A stretch of 62,870 nucleotides of DNA, the filler included, from Dimargaris cristalligena (taxonomy: Eukaryota): NCBI GenBank assembly GCA_003614675.1. It is 2 parts of 2 records of this genome, joined end to end, with 100 filler letters (N's around TTAATTAATTAA, not from the genome) between each part and the next. Parts side by side here need not be neighbours in the genome. Positions count along the whole stretch, not along the records: positions 31,495 to 62,870 come from ML002441.1; 1 more part is not named here. The stretch is one strand, 5' to 3'. A program made the position numbers and the translations under genes. The notes beneath the pieces are model-generated. The model searched no databases. It had not been told where the DNA came from and worked only from the letters and a program-made list of their open reading frames with translations. Numbering within the stretch: position 1 is the stretch's first letter; each line of letters opens with the position of its first letter. Shown piece by piece: positions 36,633-49,611 of this stretch.

Positions 36633-37665
36633 ATGACCTTCCCACCCCTCGTCTATTATCTGTATGACTTCCCCTCCCCCCTCCTCCTTCCATAGAGACT
36701 ACCATCCGTCGGCCAATCTAATGATAACCCAGCCTCGTCGCTGGGATACCCCACCCCACCCCCCCTTCGGTGGACACTTTGCCATTATGCTTATTTCCTT
36801 GTTGCCACTTAATTCTATTCCGATCCGTGTGTTTTAAACGGTTATTGCATCATTACATTCATTATTGATGAACTTGACCCTTTCTGTATTAGCGTGGCGT
36901 CTTTTGCCAGCTTAACTAATCTTTAATGAACAACCTTGAAAATCAGACCTTGGAAGACAGCCCACTGACTAGTGGGGGCTTTTGGGCATAGCACTTGTGA
37001 GCAATAGGATGGTTCTCGAAATGTTGCGATGCTTGATTTATCCACCTTGGTCATGCAATATCCGAATGTGGAGCCTATGCGTTCTGCGCAAGGCTTCATT
37101 TTTCTAAGTTATTCAGTATATAATTGGGGGATATACAATAGGATTGAGGCGTCCCCCTATCCGCTTATCAGATATTATTTACCATACCTAATGGATCAAA
37201 ACCCCTTTTTATTGCCAGTATACAGGCAGGATGTTATACAATTGGCACATACCTACTATTAAGGAAGTGTCAGTATTATATAAAAGTTTAATACGATCAT
37301 GACCGGAATCCACTATATAGTTTTATTGTAAGGAGGGTTTCTAGATGTCATAAATATAATATCAAGTTAAATGCCCAAAGATTTTATTTACCGAATGGAG
37401 GAAACAACTTGACTGACGAGTGGTAACATTCAAAAGAAAAACAACCGACTGCTTAGCATATTGTAAATATAGACATCATATGAAGAATTAATTAATAAAA
37501 AATAAAATAAAGACACTGGGTAAAGATAGCGGCCCGCAATGATATCGCACAGAGATATAGTGGTAAATGTAGATGACCAGGTGGAATCCAGCCATACCGT
37601 TTTATATGCCAGTTGCCAAGTTATCAATAAAATTAAATATAAATGCTCATTGCAACTATCCACAT

Positions 37666-40600
37666 TTAGGTTTGGTCACGAGACAACATGAGTATGTAGT
37701 CAAGCAACTCTTGTTCACTCAAGCCTTGTAAATTCTCCGCCATGGGCTCGGAAACGGTGGCGGGTCGGTGGTCAGAGTCGGTTTGCCCACTATGAGCGGT
37801 AGGTGGTTCGTCAACACCAGCGGAGCTTGCGACCGCATCGGACTCCATAGACAAGAGCATCGCGTAGCTGAGCTGCTCCTCCTCGGACAACCCCTGGATG
37901 GAGTGTTGGGCCCTTATTAGTTGCTGGGCTGCCCGTTCCCGCTGTTCTTCGCGCATCTCGTGCTCGTAATCTAATAGGCCCTCTTGCAGGTCTAATTCAA
38001 CTTGGACTTTGAATGGGCCTGCTCCAACCGGGAGTCGACTCTTTCCTTTCTTACGATCTACGTAGTTTACAAAGCGGAGAAATGATGCAAAAGAAGTGGT
38101 GGTTGATGAATGGACGGGTTGTAAATGATTGATCAGAAATGGAAGGGCTGTGCATCAAACTATATGCACGCTCCATTATTCCGGGCTGATATGGGTGGAT
38201 CGACACTACTATACATTGCCATCAGACAACGTGTCCGCTATATTTATAAGTAGCTAGCCACTTACCTTGGCGGGAGTTTTCATCTCTCAGGTTCCAAGTA
38301 AACGCCTGTGAGCCACATACGACGCCCATGTAAAGGTCAAGAACGTGGAGTTGGTCTACCCAAGGGCCTTCCTCGGCCCAAGTCTCCCAAGGCCATTGGG
38401 GGTGATATACCGGCGACGATTCCAAAATATAGGGAGCCTGGGGGGTTAATGGAGTGGGGGGGGTGGCCCGATGCAGTTCCCAGATACTACTGAGGACCTG
38501 TGAGATATGTAGTCGGAGGGTGAGATTGGGGTCATCCTGGAGTTGGTTGGCGAGTGTTTCGGCAAAGGGGGCCATCATGGGGCCCAGCGCAGCGGGTTCG
38601 GGGGCCATTTGGCGTAGACGTCTCTGGCGGCGGCGGGAAATCTTAGTCGAGAAAGTGCGCATATGCTCCAGGGCCAGACAGTCCCACGCGTAAATAGCCC
38701 CGTCTATGCCTACCGTCACTAGTTTATAGCTGTCGATAAAAAGATGGGTGACGGGTCCATCGTGGGCCTTGAACCGACGGAAGGGACAAATAGCAGTAAG
38801 GCCGGAATCGCCGTTATATGTACGATGTTTCCCCTTGGTTGTCCATAGCCGCACTGTGCCATCAATATGACCAGTGGCCAGAATGGCGAAATTCGATATT
38901 GCATGATTCTCAGAGGGATTATCTATTTTGGGCACTTGGTCGTCCCGGGGCCGATTAACCCAATGCACCGAAGTAGACGTGATAGGAGGGACGCTGGTGG
39001 GTGCATCCAGTGATTCCCGGAAGGTGAGAAGCTCCTGTCCGGTCTCTAATGAGTAGGCCTGGAGCCACGGCGCCCTGTTCAGCCATACGTAGACGGTTTT
39101 TAAGCGCCAATGCGGAAACATTCGAACAATCGACCCAGCCGGTCCGACGGCAAAGATCAGAATGGGCAGGTTGGCGACTAAAGGGGCGGGACCAGGCAAT
39201 TCGTCCACGGAATTGGCCCGAGGGCTTGTCACAGTCGATGGGGTTACCCGGTCGATTCGGAGGGGTGCGGTATGGATGGGCCAAACCGAGACTCGGCCCC
39301 GCTGGCTGGCCACAACAATCGACCCCCGGGCGTCATAGTGAGTCTCCGTAATCCACTCATCGGTGGGCACATTAAAAGTGCCGAGGCAAACTCCCGTTCG
39401 GGCATCCCAGAGTTTTAATACGTGTTCGTCGGGGCACACCGATACAAGGGTATCCTCTGAGCTCCCATGTGACCAACACAGCTGGCTCACTGGGCTATCG
39501 TGCCCGGCAGGGAAGGTCTTGAAATTCAGTTGGCGGCTAGCTTGGTGAATCTGGACGACTCGAATCATACCAGTTGGAAAACCCCACGCCAGTCGTCGAC
39601 TAATGTAGATAAGAAGCCGAATTGAGATGGTTTAATAAGCAATGGATATCCGAATATTAATTAGAAATCAACTCCGAAACGTAAATAGTGTATCCATTCT
39701 AGCAATTTGATGGTTCAGAATATACTGACGCTTACCTCTCAATCGTCATGGCTGAAATGGGTGCCGCAAATTCATTCTCATGGGCAAACAGTGTGGCATT
39801 TCGGTTAACTGACCCGGTTTGGGAATCGCATCGCCACACCATACCTTGGTATTCAATATATGCCAAATAATAGGGATTTCAAACTTATTAGCGCTTGATC
39901 AAGAGTAATACGCTCCCGGGGTAGGCTAATACAACGGGGTTTTCGATCGCCAGGGATCAAACTGGCCCCGGGTATTTTGAAATACCATCGAATATTCTAC
40001 GAAATAAATTGTATTTAGACATGCTGTACCTTGGTGTACCGAGCCGACCATTAACTGGTCATCAGCCAGGTTAGCTTGAAAGTTGGTGATTGGCCCCATT
40101 TTCGGATCGACGATAATCTTACGGACCTTGGCTGACGACCATTGCCTAATAGATGTCATAATAAATGTAGAAGAAGATTAGGACTGGGTGATGCACGGTG
40201 GTATTTTGCGTCTGAATAATGGAAACGAGGTTGCTAAGGAAGATATTAAAGTAATCGTTTGGGCCAGGAATACCCCCGGTGACCATGGTACCCGCTAGCC
40301 TAGTGGAGGGGGATACTTACCGGAGCAGACGCACTCGCTTGATGTATTCCAGTCGCCAGCTTTTCTCCGAGAGCCGTCTGGATAGATAAAGACAATGGGA
40401 AATAAATAGGCATGCGGATTAGAGCCGAATCCGATTGAAAAGAGGGGGAGGGGTATAGTAATAACCGGGCAAGGGGGCGATTCAATAAAACGGTCGCAAC
40501 TTACTGAAATGGGGTTTGCTTGCTGAAATTCCGCAGAAAGGCTGCCTTCCACGCGGTTTCACTATTAATTACATAGAACCAGCGACGACACACCAGTTGT

Positions 40601-41140
40601 AATTTATCCTAACCCCCCAAAGAAGCAATGTGGTGTTTAGTGTGATATACAAAAGTAAGATGAGTACTGTTTAGCCTATACAATAACAGCTCTGAATATC
40701 GGGATGGCCAATACTATTACATAGCAGTGACCAACTGCCCCAAGTAGCTGGCGGTTGCTTATTAAACTATACTGCGGAGGACTAACGCCGAATTAGCGTA
40801 AAGCATTATGGACTTACCAGGTCCCTTGGCGGGAGGTGCGAAAATAGTTGGATGAGAAGCTCCTCGGGTAGATGGTAAAATGGCCCAGGGCGGGAGACCT
40901 GCTGCCCTCTAGATATTTGAATGGGTCCGAAATCGCTCTTAGTTAAGGAGTTAGTAGCCCGGATATATGGCAGCCACCCAGTAATGACTTGATTGCTACA
41001 TAGTCCAGTTTGATATTTAACCTAGCCAGATACATAAATTATCCCACAGTGGGTGAACCCATGGCAGCCTTAATATAATGGGATAACCTGGTTAAGTCCG
41101 GTACTCTGAAGGTACCCAGTACTTACCGATGAGTCGACAT
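37666..41140 (-). CDS. F-box/WD40 protein with C-terminal UIMs (Ufo1/Pof10-like), multi-exon
   Basis: Spliced F-box LPEELLIQLFSHLPPRDL|DKLQLVCRRWFYVINSETAWK; WD motifs GHDSPV..LKLWD, GTVRLW, AHDGPV..IYAWD; UIMs LSEEEQLSYAMLLS and LSEQELLDYILMLS. Confidence 0.85.
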
Positions 41141-41935
41141 GCTGCTAGTCGGGACACGGGTGTTAAGGTAGGCTGCTTAAACTATGATGGACTCTGTTTG
41201 AACCACTGCAAATTCGGCCCAGGATTTGTCTAAACGGCGAGGTAATAGCAAGTGGGCCGGAATGAAGACCGCCGTGATTGGAGAGATTCCCGAGGGGAGG
41301 GATTGAATGTCAATTGAATAACTAGGGTGGAGGCTCAGGTAGCGGGACCTATAGGGCCAGTCGGGCAAGCACGAAGTCAGTACAGTATAAACGATTCTAC
41401 TATGATGAATTGCAAAAGCACTAGGGTGCCAGTTAAAGTAATTGAAAAAGGTGACGATGCACCCAATGGAGTATGCCGGGGGTTTATAGCCTTGTTTCAC
41501 CATTGGCAGTGAATCGGGCTTAGGCAGCTGTGGAATTCCAGTCGAGGCCAAGAGTATCCGCAGCACCACAGGGTCCAGTAAGAAACCTCATTCGGGCTAC
41601 TGCGGACATAATTCAAATACTAAGAAAAAAACAACCTGAAAAGTTGTATTGGAAGTTGGCTCAATCACCACAACTATACTTTGGACGCCACGCAACCTAT
41701 ATAATTATACTCCATGTCCTTTCGAAACAACATATATAACCCCAAGGTCACAAATGTTAACTAAATTTATTGCTAGAACCACTCAATTCTACCAGACTCC
41801 TACTACCTTTACTTTGGTTTAAATAAGTCCTAATTAATGAATGCCCGAAGTAATTAATCAAGATATGTTGAGGCAGTCCTGAACTTTTCTTAGGTATTGA
41901 ACTGATTAAACCGCTATTTTAAAATGACCGCCGGC

Positions 41936-43450
41936 CTAGCTTGCTGGAGCCTTATACTTTAGAATGCCACGTAAAAACTCCGTATTTTTCTTTAATACCT
42001 CCGTGGCCCTATTCTCAAAGAGTTTAGGAAGATATAGGCCCAGGCCCATGTGCCCCACTTCAACCAACGTGTACTGCGTTTGTAATTGGTCTTTAAACCG
42101 GCCAAAGTCCTGGCTGCCTTCGGAGGGATGGTAAATAAAGGCGAAGCCAAACTCCAACCGGCTCGGATCCCAATACACCAAATACACCGACTGGGTCGGA
42201 TCCTCCAAGACTTTGTACATGGCCTGCCGCCGCCGCACTTCCGTCGGTAGTAGGTCCGTCTTAACCTGCGTCGGGAATACCTCCTGGATCGTCGATTGGA
42301 GGGCTTGGGAAGACAGCTGCATGGCGATTCGGGCCATGGTACCCATCTGAATGGCCAGTCGGTTCTCGAACACGTCCAGGGTCTTGAACACGGTCAAGGT
42401 TTCGACTTCGGACCGGGGTGCGGGGTTTGTCGAATGAGTGGCCGCGTTGAAATACGCCTCCAAGTCGAAGGGTTTCAGGAAAGCCTCCCTGAGTCCGGCA
42501 TAGAAAGTGACCTGATCAAAAATGAAGACGTCGTTGGTCCATCTAACGCGAATGAAAGGCAGCAGGGGATTAGGGGTGATATAGGGCGAGTTGAGTACGT
42601 CCGGGGATGTACTATGGGGTATATTAATACTGGGGGTCGACTGGGAACCGGGTGGGCTGGGCTGAAGAAGACGTTGCGCGGGAGTAGTAGTGGGAGGAAG
42701 ACTCAACCGGACCCTCTTATTATTCTTGGGTGGCAGAGGGTCGGGTAATAATGGCTGTTGGCCATCGGATTCGGCCGCGTTCGATGGAGCTGAGTCCTGT
42801 TTGTCGAGGTCCGCTCGGAGTTGGGCGCCGTGGTAGGCCGCTAAAGTTCGGTAGAGTAGAGCCTCCATGGATTGGTCCGGCGGATTTCGTACGGGCGGCG
42901 GGGTGGCCTTGGTGGGCAGCAGGGAATGTGAAATTGTCCGCCGGGGCTGTATAGTAGGGAACGTGGCACGGCCGTCGACCGAGGGACGCTTATTGTTCAC
43001 CGCCAAACCAGCAGCAACATTGGTCCAGCCAGCTTCGGTATTGGTATTGGTGGGGTGTTTCTGAGTGTTGAAAGGAAAGTTGGTCGGTGGCCCAGTTGAA
43101 CTGGAAGTGAAAGGTGGCGGCGAGTTATCGATTAAAGTCCTGTCATCACCCCCGTCGTAAACTGAATCCATCTGGGATACGGAACTGAGGGGACTTGGTT
43201 CATCCATGAAATTGAAGAATTCGTCGAAGTTAATGTCGACGACGGGTTCGTCATTGAACGTACCAATGGTACCAGAGGTGCCGGCCTCCCATGGTGGCAG
43301 GGCCAACGTTTGGCCAGTTGGATATCCGCCGCCACTACCACTGGACGATGGGTGACCCGAGCCCTGTGTAGGGAAAGGGGTGGCGATAATACAATGGGGT
43401 AGGCCCATGCAGCCTAATAGGCCAATAATGGCGAAGCGAATATATACCAT
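41936..43450 (-). CDS. Secreted protein, effector candidate A (504 aa)
   Basis: Signal peptide MVYIRFAIIGLLGCMGLPHCIIA; long disordered middle; globular C-terminus; TATATAAAA upstream near 43617-43627. Confidence 0.8.
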   Translation of the reverse strand: MVYIRFAIIGLLGCMGLPHCIIATPFPTQGSGHPSSSGSGGGYPTGQTLALPPWEAGTSGTIGTFNDEPVVDINFDEFFNFMDEPSPLSSVSQMDSVYDGGDDRTLIDNSPPPFTSSSTGPPTNFPFNTQKHPTNTNTEAGWTNVAAGLAVNNKRPSVDGRATFPTIQPRRTISHSLLPTKATPPPVRNPPDQSMEALLYRTLAAYHGAQLRADLDKQDSAPSNAAESDGQQPLLPDPLPPKNNKRVRLSLPPTTTPAQRLLQPSPPGSQSTPSINIPHSTSPDVLNSPYITPNPLLPFIRVRWTNDVFIFDQVTFYAGLREAFLKPFDLEAYFNAATHSTNPAPRSEVETLTVFKTLDVFENRLAIQMGTMARIAMQLSSQALQSTIQEVFPTQVKTDLLPTEVRRRQAMYKVLEDPTQSVYLVYWDPSRLEFGFAFIYHPSEGSQDFGRFKDQLQTQYTLVEVGHMGLGLYLPKLFENRATEVLKKNTEFLRGILKYKAPAS

Positions 43451-44460
43451 ATTGCTGGGAAATAAACCACCGTCAAGGGCTACTATGCTTAGATTTAGCG
43501 CAAGTAACAACAGAAATAAGTGGAAGCGTAGTAAAGAAATTGAAGGATTTTCTTTCCAATAAATAAATTAATAAAAGAGCAGGTAACGAACAAAGGGAAG
43601 AAGAGGCAGGGTCAAATTTTATATATACCCATCAACGCCCCTCCCTCCCCCCCCCCACCTGGTGGAGGAGAGGTGTACAAGGCAAAAATAAGACATGCGG
43701 ATTATCGAATAGGCAGGCTCCAAGGTGTAGCACAGAGGGGGAATCTTTGAACAGGGATAAAAATCACAATGTTAGCTATGGGAAGGACCATGCGGCTGCG
43801 TTTTTGGTCTGTTTGCACATTAATCGCTTCTCTCGCTTCCCTTTGAAAAAAATCGTTTCAAGACCCACCCACCCACCTCCATCATTCATACTATCCGATT
43901 CTGTACGACAGTGGGGGGTAACATGGAAAAACCACTATGGCCTGAGGGCCAGCTGAGGAGGGGAGGTTGGTTTCTGAAATGGCCGAATTTGGGATTACCC
44001 CATATTACTCGTTTTCATTCTATAAAATCATCCACTATCAACCGAAATGTGTCCAAACGAACTCCTCGGGACGGCTCTTTTGGGCAATGTCCCTAGGTAA
44101 AATGTATCCAAGAAAAAATACCCCACAACGTATTTATCAAGGGTTTGGCTGTTATGTTCGTACATGGCTGCTTTATTCGGGCTGCCTCTATTGTTATAGA
44201 GTACATTCCGCTTATAGATAGTTGGTCATTTATTGCTCCCTTGTCCTTATTCAAAAAATTCCGATATAAAATTCTAAACCACTAGTGCCGTCAAGTGCAG
44301 TGGTACACATATAGATATATAGATATAAAGATATATATATAAAGGCGGCTGTTTAGCTGGTATTTACTGGTTCTAGAGCGACACGCCGTAATGATATTAA
44401 ACACTTTATAGAAGTATAGGATAGGAAATGCGTCAAAATAAAAAAAATACCTCACAATGG

Positions 44461-46002
44461 CTACGGGGCCTCCACAATCAGTTGACCAATGGTAATGTGG
44501 TATTCCAATTGCTCCGAAGCCAAAACCACCGGACTAACTTGAATGTAGCCTTTTGTGTTACTCCAGAAATGAATCAAATGTCTGTAGCTTTCCTGAACCT
44601 TGGGGTTGCCAAACACAAACTCAAATCTATACGCTCCGGTGGACTGGTCCCGGTAAATGGCGTACAAGGACTGGTTGCCTTGGCGGATGGCATGGCACAT
44701 AAAGGCCAACTGATAGACGTATTTATCCAAGTCGCCGGGCCGGACTTTTCTCGTCAACAACGGCTCATCATTGTCGTAGTTGTTGGAGGATGTGAAATGG
44801 TGTTTCATAAAATTGGCTTTCGATGCACGAACGACCTGCTTAAACTCCTCCGCCGAGGCAGGCCCGGGAATGGTCGAAGCTGACATACCTCTCAACGGCC
44901 GGGTCGGTCGGTTAGCCCGCTGCTGATTCCGCTGGAATAGGTTGTTCACCACATAATCCTGGAAAACACTAAAGTTCAGTAGGTAGTCGCCGCTGGCCTG
45001 GGGCATCAGGCGGATGCCGGGGTAGCATTGGAGGAGGAGGTGCGGTTGGCGGGACCCCTCCCGCAGTATGGGCATAACCGGGAGTTTCGGCATAGGTGCA
45101 ATCACGGGGACTAGCCGGGCAGCGGGTCGCGGGGGCGATGAGGCTTCCCGGGCCCGTTTTGTACGAGGAAAGGAGTTGGGGCGGGCCCACGGGTACATGG
45201 GTTTGGCGAATTCCTGGGATCCGTTGGCCGAAATGGTTGGCGCGAACTGGGCCGTCGCACCTGGGGTAAACGCCGGTGTATTCTCGATAGAGGATAATCC
45301 AGTGGATATCCCCGCCTGAGTGATGGGGATGGTGTTGACCTCGTCCATAGATGGTAAGGCATCCAGAGTGGAGGCCGTCGAGAACTCCGACATGGATACA
45401 TCAGTGTGGTACTCATCCACCCCTTCACTCATGGAGTACGTATCCAAGGGCGAAGACGTGTGGTCGAGGGGATTTTTACGGGGCTTTACTTCGAGCGGTT
45501 TATCCGGCGTCTCCAACGGTATTGCGTGGCTCCCGGTAAGTTGGGCACTCGAGCCTCGCAATAAGATATCCATGGCCGGGGTCCATTCGAAAGGGACGGG
45601 CTCCGGCTTGGAAGTTACGAACCCCCAGTTGCTCGGCACCATACCCAAGGGACCATTATTAGCCGGCATGTTATTGCTAATGGGCATTTGGGGACGGTTG
45701 ATCAGGCCGGTTTGGTCGAAGGATGCCTCGTGCTCACCCCCTAAAAAATCGACATATTCCTCTAAATCCATCTGCTCCTCGGCGCCTACAGTTGGCGAAC
45801 CGTCGCTTGGGGGGACGCTGCTATCACTGGGCGAGATACCCCTGAACTGTGTGCGGTACTCGACCATATCTGGCATGAAAGCGGAGTTTCTCGTCGGCGG
45901 GCCGTAGAAATCCGAACCATGGGCCTTCAGAGCTAACCAAACGAGGGAGATCCAACACACGACCCCACTAACGCCGACCTGCTTCAGCACTGCCATGGTC
46001 AT
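44461..46002 (-). CDS. Secreted protein, effector candidate B (~513 aa), distant paralog of A
   Basis: Hydrophobic N-terminus GVSGVVCWISLVWLALKAHG; same architecture as A; shared motif QSxYxxYxDxS..F.F. Confidence 0.8.
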   Translation of the reverse strand: MTMAVLKQVGVSGVVCWISLVWLALKAHGSDFYGPPTRNSAFMPDMVEYRTQFRGISPSDSSVPPSDGSPTVGAEEQMDLEEYVDFLGGEHEASFDQTGLINRPQMPISNNMPANNGPLGMVPSNWGFVTSKPEPVPFEWTPAMDILLRGSSAQLTGSHAIPLETPDKPLEVKPRKNPLDHTSSPLDTYSMSEGVDEYHTDVSMSEFSTASTLDALPSMDEVNTIPITQAGISTGLSSIENTPAFTPGATAQFAPTISANGSQEFAKPMYPWARPNSFPRTKRAREASSPPRPAARLVPVIAPMPKLPVMPILREGSRQPHLLLQCYPGIRLMPQASGDYLLNFSVFQDYVVNNLFQRNQQRANRPTRPLRGMSASTIPGPASAEEFKQVVRASKANFMKHHFTSSNNYDNDEPLLTRKVRPGDLDKYVYQLAFMCHAIRQGNQSLYAIYRDQSTGAYRFEFVFGNPKVQESYRHLIHFWSNTKGYIQVSPVVLASEQLEYHITIGQLIVEAP

Positions 46003-47414
46003 TAATATTGGGTATAATCGCTGCAAGTAATATAAATATAGGGGTTTGGCGACTCCGTAGCTTCCTCACGAATATAGTTAGCCCGGCTTAGAATAAGCAA
46101 TAACTGTCCTTGACGAATAAGGTACTATAATTAAAGTTATAGTTGACAGGATCGACTACTGGGAGTAATTTCAAACAAAAGGGAAAAAGCAATAATGAGA
46201 TAAATACCAAGCAAGCGGGCTGTTGTTTAGTAGATAATGTAGGAATAAATAGATCGGATAAGAAGGTCTTGCAAGCGGTCTGGACGAGCGAGTGAGTAGA
46301 GGGTATTAGGCCCAAATAGTGCAAAAATGAAATAGACCTCCAGCTGACGGAAGGGGAGCAGGGGGTCGTTGGATAGATGTTTAATATGTCGGGTACGCTA
46401 CCCATGCTTTTAAATACTTGGTTTGGGGTTTGAAAGGGCTGCCCCATGAGCCACCCGACCTCTCAATCACCCTTAATGATTCAGGGCCGCTGCTTATACC
46501 ACAAGAGAGGGAGGGGTAAGATGCCACCATGGTTACCTCTACAGTACCACCCATCCCATTTAGGCAGGGTAGTGTGGTCCCGTTGGCTAAGTATGCCGTT
46601 TAAAAACGGAGAATGCCTGCCTCCAAAAGAGCGAAAATGGCATACAATTCTAGAAACGAAGGAAACCGCCACCAGATTTAACTTGCTGTGCCTCATATGT
46701 TCAAGGTACACGAAGTCCTTGAACCACCAATCGACTGCAATCCAGGGTATGCCAGCAAATACATTTTACCAAGATGCGAAGGGGGGATAGTTTGACAGGG
46801 CGGTACAGCTAGGGATACCCATTACCTTGGCCCAGTGACGGGGGGGATTTACGGGGCTCTGCTAAGTTTTGGAAGTGTGGCGGCCGAGCTAGGAAGCCCC
46901 GCCCGTGGTATCTACGGACCAATACCCGCGATGGTTCGGTTAATTAGGTCACTGTCTCTGACGCAACTGCAGCCCCCGTAGGTCACAAATGGCACTCTGC
47001 TCCTCATACTGCTAAATACTGGACTTGAGGTGATAGATTCCCTCCCCCCCACCCTTTGTGTCCGGGTCAGCTGGCTTATAAGGGAATCCACCAAGGGACG
47101 CAATGTTGATTTCCAAGTAGCCCAACCAAAAAATACACAAGGCGGGTGGAGGTGCTTCTGTAACATGCGGTTTAGTATCTCCTTGAGTGGGAAGGACGCT
47201 GCCGTGTGAGCCTAAAATATATCCGTGCTACGATAAGAGCCCCTTTTCCAGGTCTGTACAACTCAGGTGCTCCCTTGGTCACCTGTATTTTTGCATCATC
47301 GCAAGCCTCTTCTATTCCGTCCAAGGGCAACTCTGTTTATCTTTAAAGTTATTTTGGGGGGGAGGGAAAGCAGCCCCCTCATCTGCCTATCGGTGTACTA
47401 AATCACTCTCCCCC

Positions 47415-47447
47415 TCATCATCACCACCACCACCACCACCACCACCA
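47415..47447. repeat. (TCA)3(CCA)8 trinucleotide repeat
   Basis: Visible directly in intergenic sequence. Confidence 0.85.
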
Positions 47448-49611
47448 GTGACATTTTATAATTGATTGTATTATATATAATTCGGGTATAAAGTGGACAT
47501 GTTTAAAAGTGGTATGGGGTTAAAATCCCCTGCTGACCATTGGGATACCCCCACCTATTTTTGCCCTTTACCTGAGCACGAGTACATATTATTCCCGGAT
47601 TGAGTGTGGAGAATGGAATCCTTCGGTGGGAGGCCTGGGTCAGGTGGGCTGGCGGAATTGGGAAAACGAGAAGTCTGGATAAAACATAGGCAAATGGATC
47701 AGGCCAATGCGGGCGAACCAATCTAGCTGTATAACGATAGCACCGGTTGACAAGACAAATATAACTGGTTAGAAATATATGACACACATATGTTCCCATT
47801 AACCGGTCATTTATATAAAGGGAGACATATGATCAGCTTTGGCATTATTCGGGTGTCTGGGGCAGAGGGGTGTGCAATTGTTAGATTTTCGGCCTCCCAC
47901 CGCATCCCATTGCAAACAGTGAGTGGCCCACCGCAACTTCGTCAGCCAGCAGGATCACCAATTGGTGGCAAAGAGTTTGACAAGTAATAATCCCACAGGG
48001 AGGGGCGGCTGGCAATAACAACAACGGCCCGAGCGGCTGTAACCTCTCGGGTGACTCTGGACTGAAGATCATTGGCCAGCGGGTATTATCTGCGGGCTTT
48101 TACCGTGGACTACCAATAAAGGCTTAGGTAGTTTAGTAAAGAGCTTGATAGGAACATACGGGTAGATTGGGCTGCCTCCCTTTTATTCTCGAATATCGAC
48201 TAATTCCATTTTTTTGTAGATGGTAATGGAATATCCTTTTGGTGGCGTGTCAAGCATAGTGTGCTTTTTTCAAGGACACCCACACCTCACTGAGTGCAGA
48301 TTCGCCCTTGATTATGCAAGGGCCTCCAGGGGAAGAAGAGTCGTTTAATATCTCACCATGGTTTAGGTAGAAATAGAAGAGAGAGGTAATTTCGATTGAA
48401 ACTGAATCCATCGAACATTGCGTTGCAGCGCGTAGGCTGGTGGGGGAACCCGTGCCTACTATGCTTGGGGGCCACGAGTGTCTGCCAATGGGCCGACTAA
48501 GGAACACCCGCTGGGCGCCAAGGCACCGGTGCGGGCTGCTGACCGTGCCCCCCCTCTCCTTCCTGACCGGTGGAGATGGGTAGTGACGGGATTCCACGGG
48601 GATACCGTTCCGGGGCGGGGTCAGCCCACCTCACCGTATTCGGGGGCGTTGGGGATGGTGGCCCGCTAGTGGTGGGGAGTGTGAATGTGAAAGGCAGGCC
48701 CCATTATCAATAATAAGTTTACCTATACTGGCTAGTGGGGGAGGTTCGGTTACCCTTCCCACCAACGCCAGATATACAATCCCCCCATATTCACGAGGGA
48801 TGAAACGCACCGAAGGTCATCCGACATCGGTTCGGAGTCCCCGCGGCTGTCTGGCTAACAGAACGGTATTGCCCAAGATATAAAGGGGAGGTGAATCGAC
48901 GCGATTGCCGTAGCTCACCGCTTTGCCAATATTGCGTTATTCCAACTGGTATCCATTTCCAACTAATTCGGCTATCTCTGTATATTGCTAGTACCGATAT
49001 CACAAGCCAGGCCGTCCAAGTGGTTTCAAATATTCGGCCGCCACCCCTGCCGAGTTTTACCTTTGCCGAACCATCCCTTTATCATCTTACCCGCGTGGCG
49101 TTTTAATCCCTCAACTCTATTTCATCCGCTTTAATCCGGCTAATTAGGCGACATTCGTTACCTTGTAAGAACGAAATTACATTTGTATAGCATTGACTTG
49201 GGAGCCTCCTTGCCGGGCACGCTACTATTATTACTACTACTATATCGCCTGGGTTAGACCAATGACCATTCCCTGTTTCTATGGGCCCATTTAGCTGTTT
49301 TAAGCTGTGGTTATTATCGCATAATAAAGGCCAACGACTGCTTAATTCCGCTTAGTCTAGTTAGAATATTCTTGTTCCACGTCCCCTTTCCTCCCTCATT
49401 TTTGGCCAGGTACTAGCTGCCCCACCTAGTTTCTGGCAAAACTGCCGTCCTCCCCTCTCTCATTCACCTTTGTCTTTGTAGCCTTCCCCATTCACACCCT
49501 GCTCCCGCATTTAACTTTCACCCCCAAAGCCACCTCCCTCCTTTATTGGTGCGGCCCCTCTACTCTAAATCTATATTCTTTAGATACCGCAATTCTAGCC
49601 CGGCCTCAACC

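Noticed and set aside
40314-40323. ATACTTACC as the 5' end of U1 snRNA
   Set aside because: It is the reverse complement of a GTAAGT splice donor in the minus-strand F-box gene.
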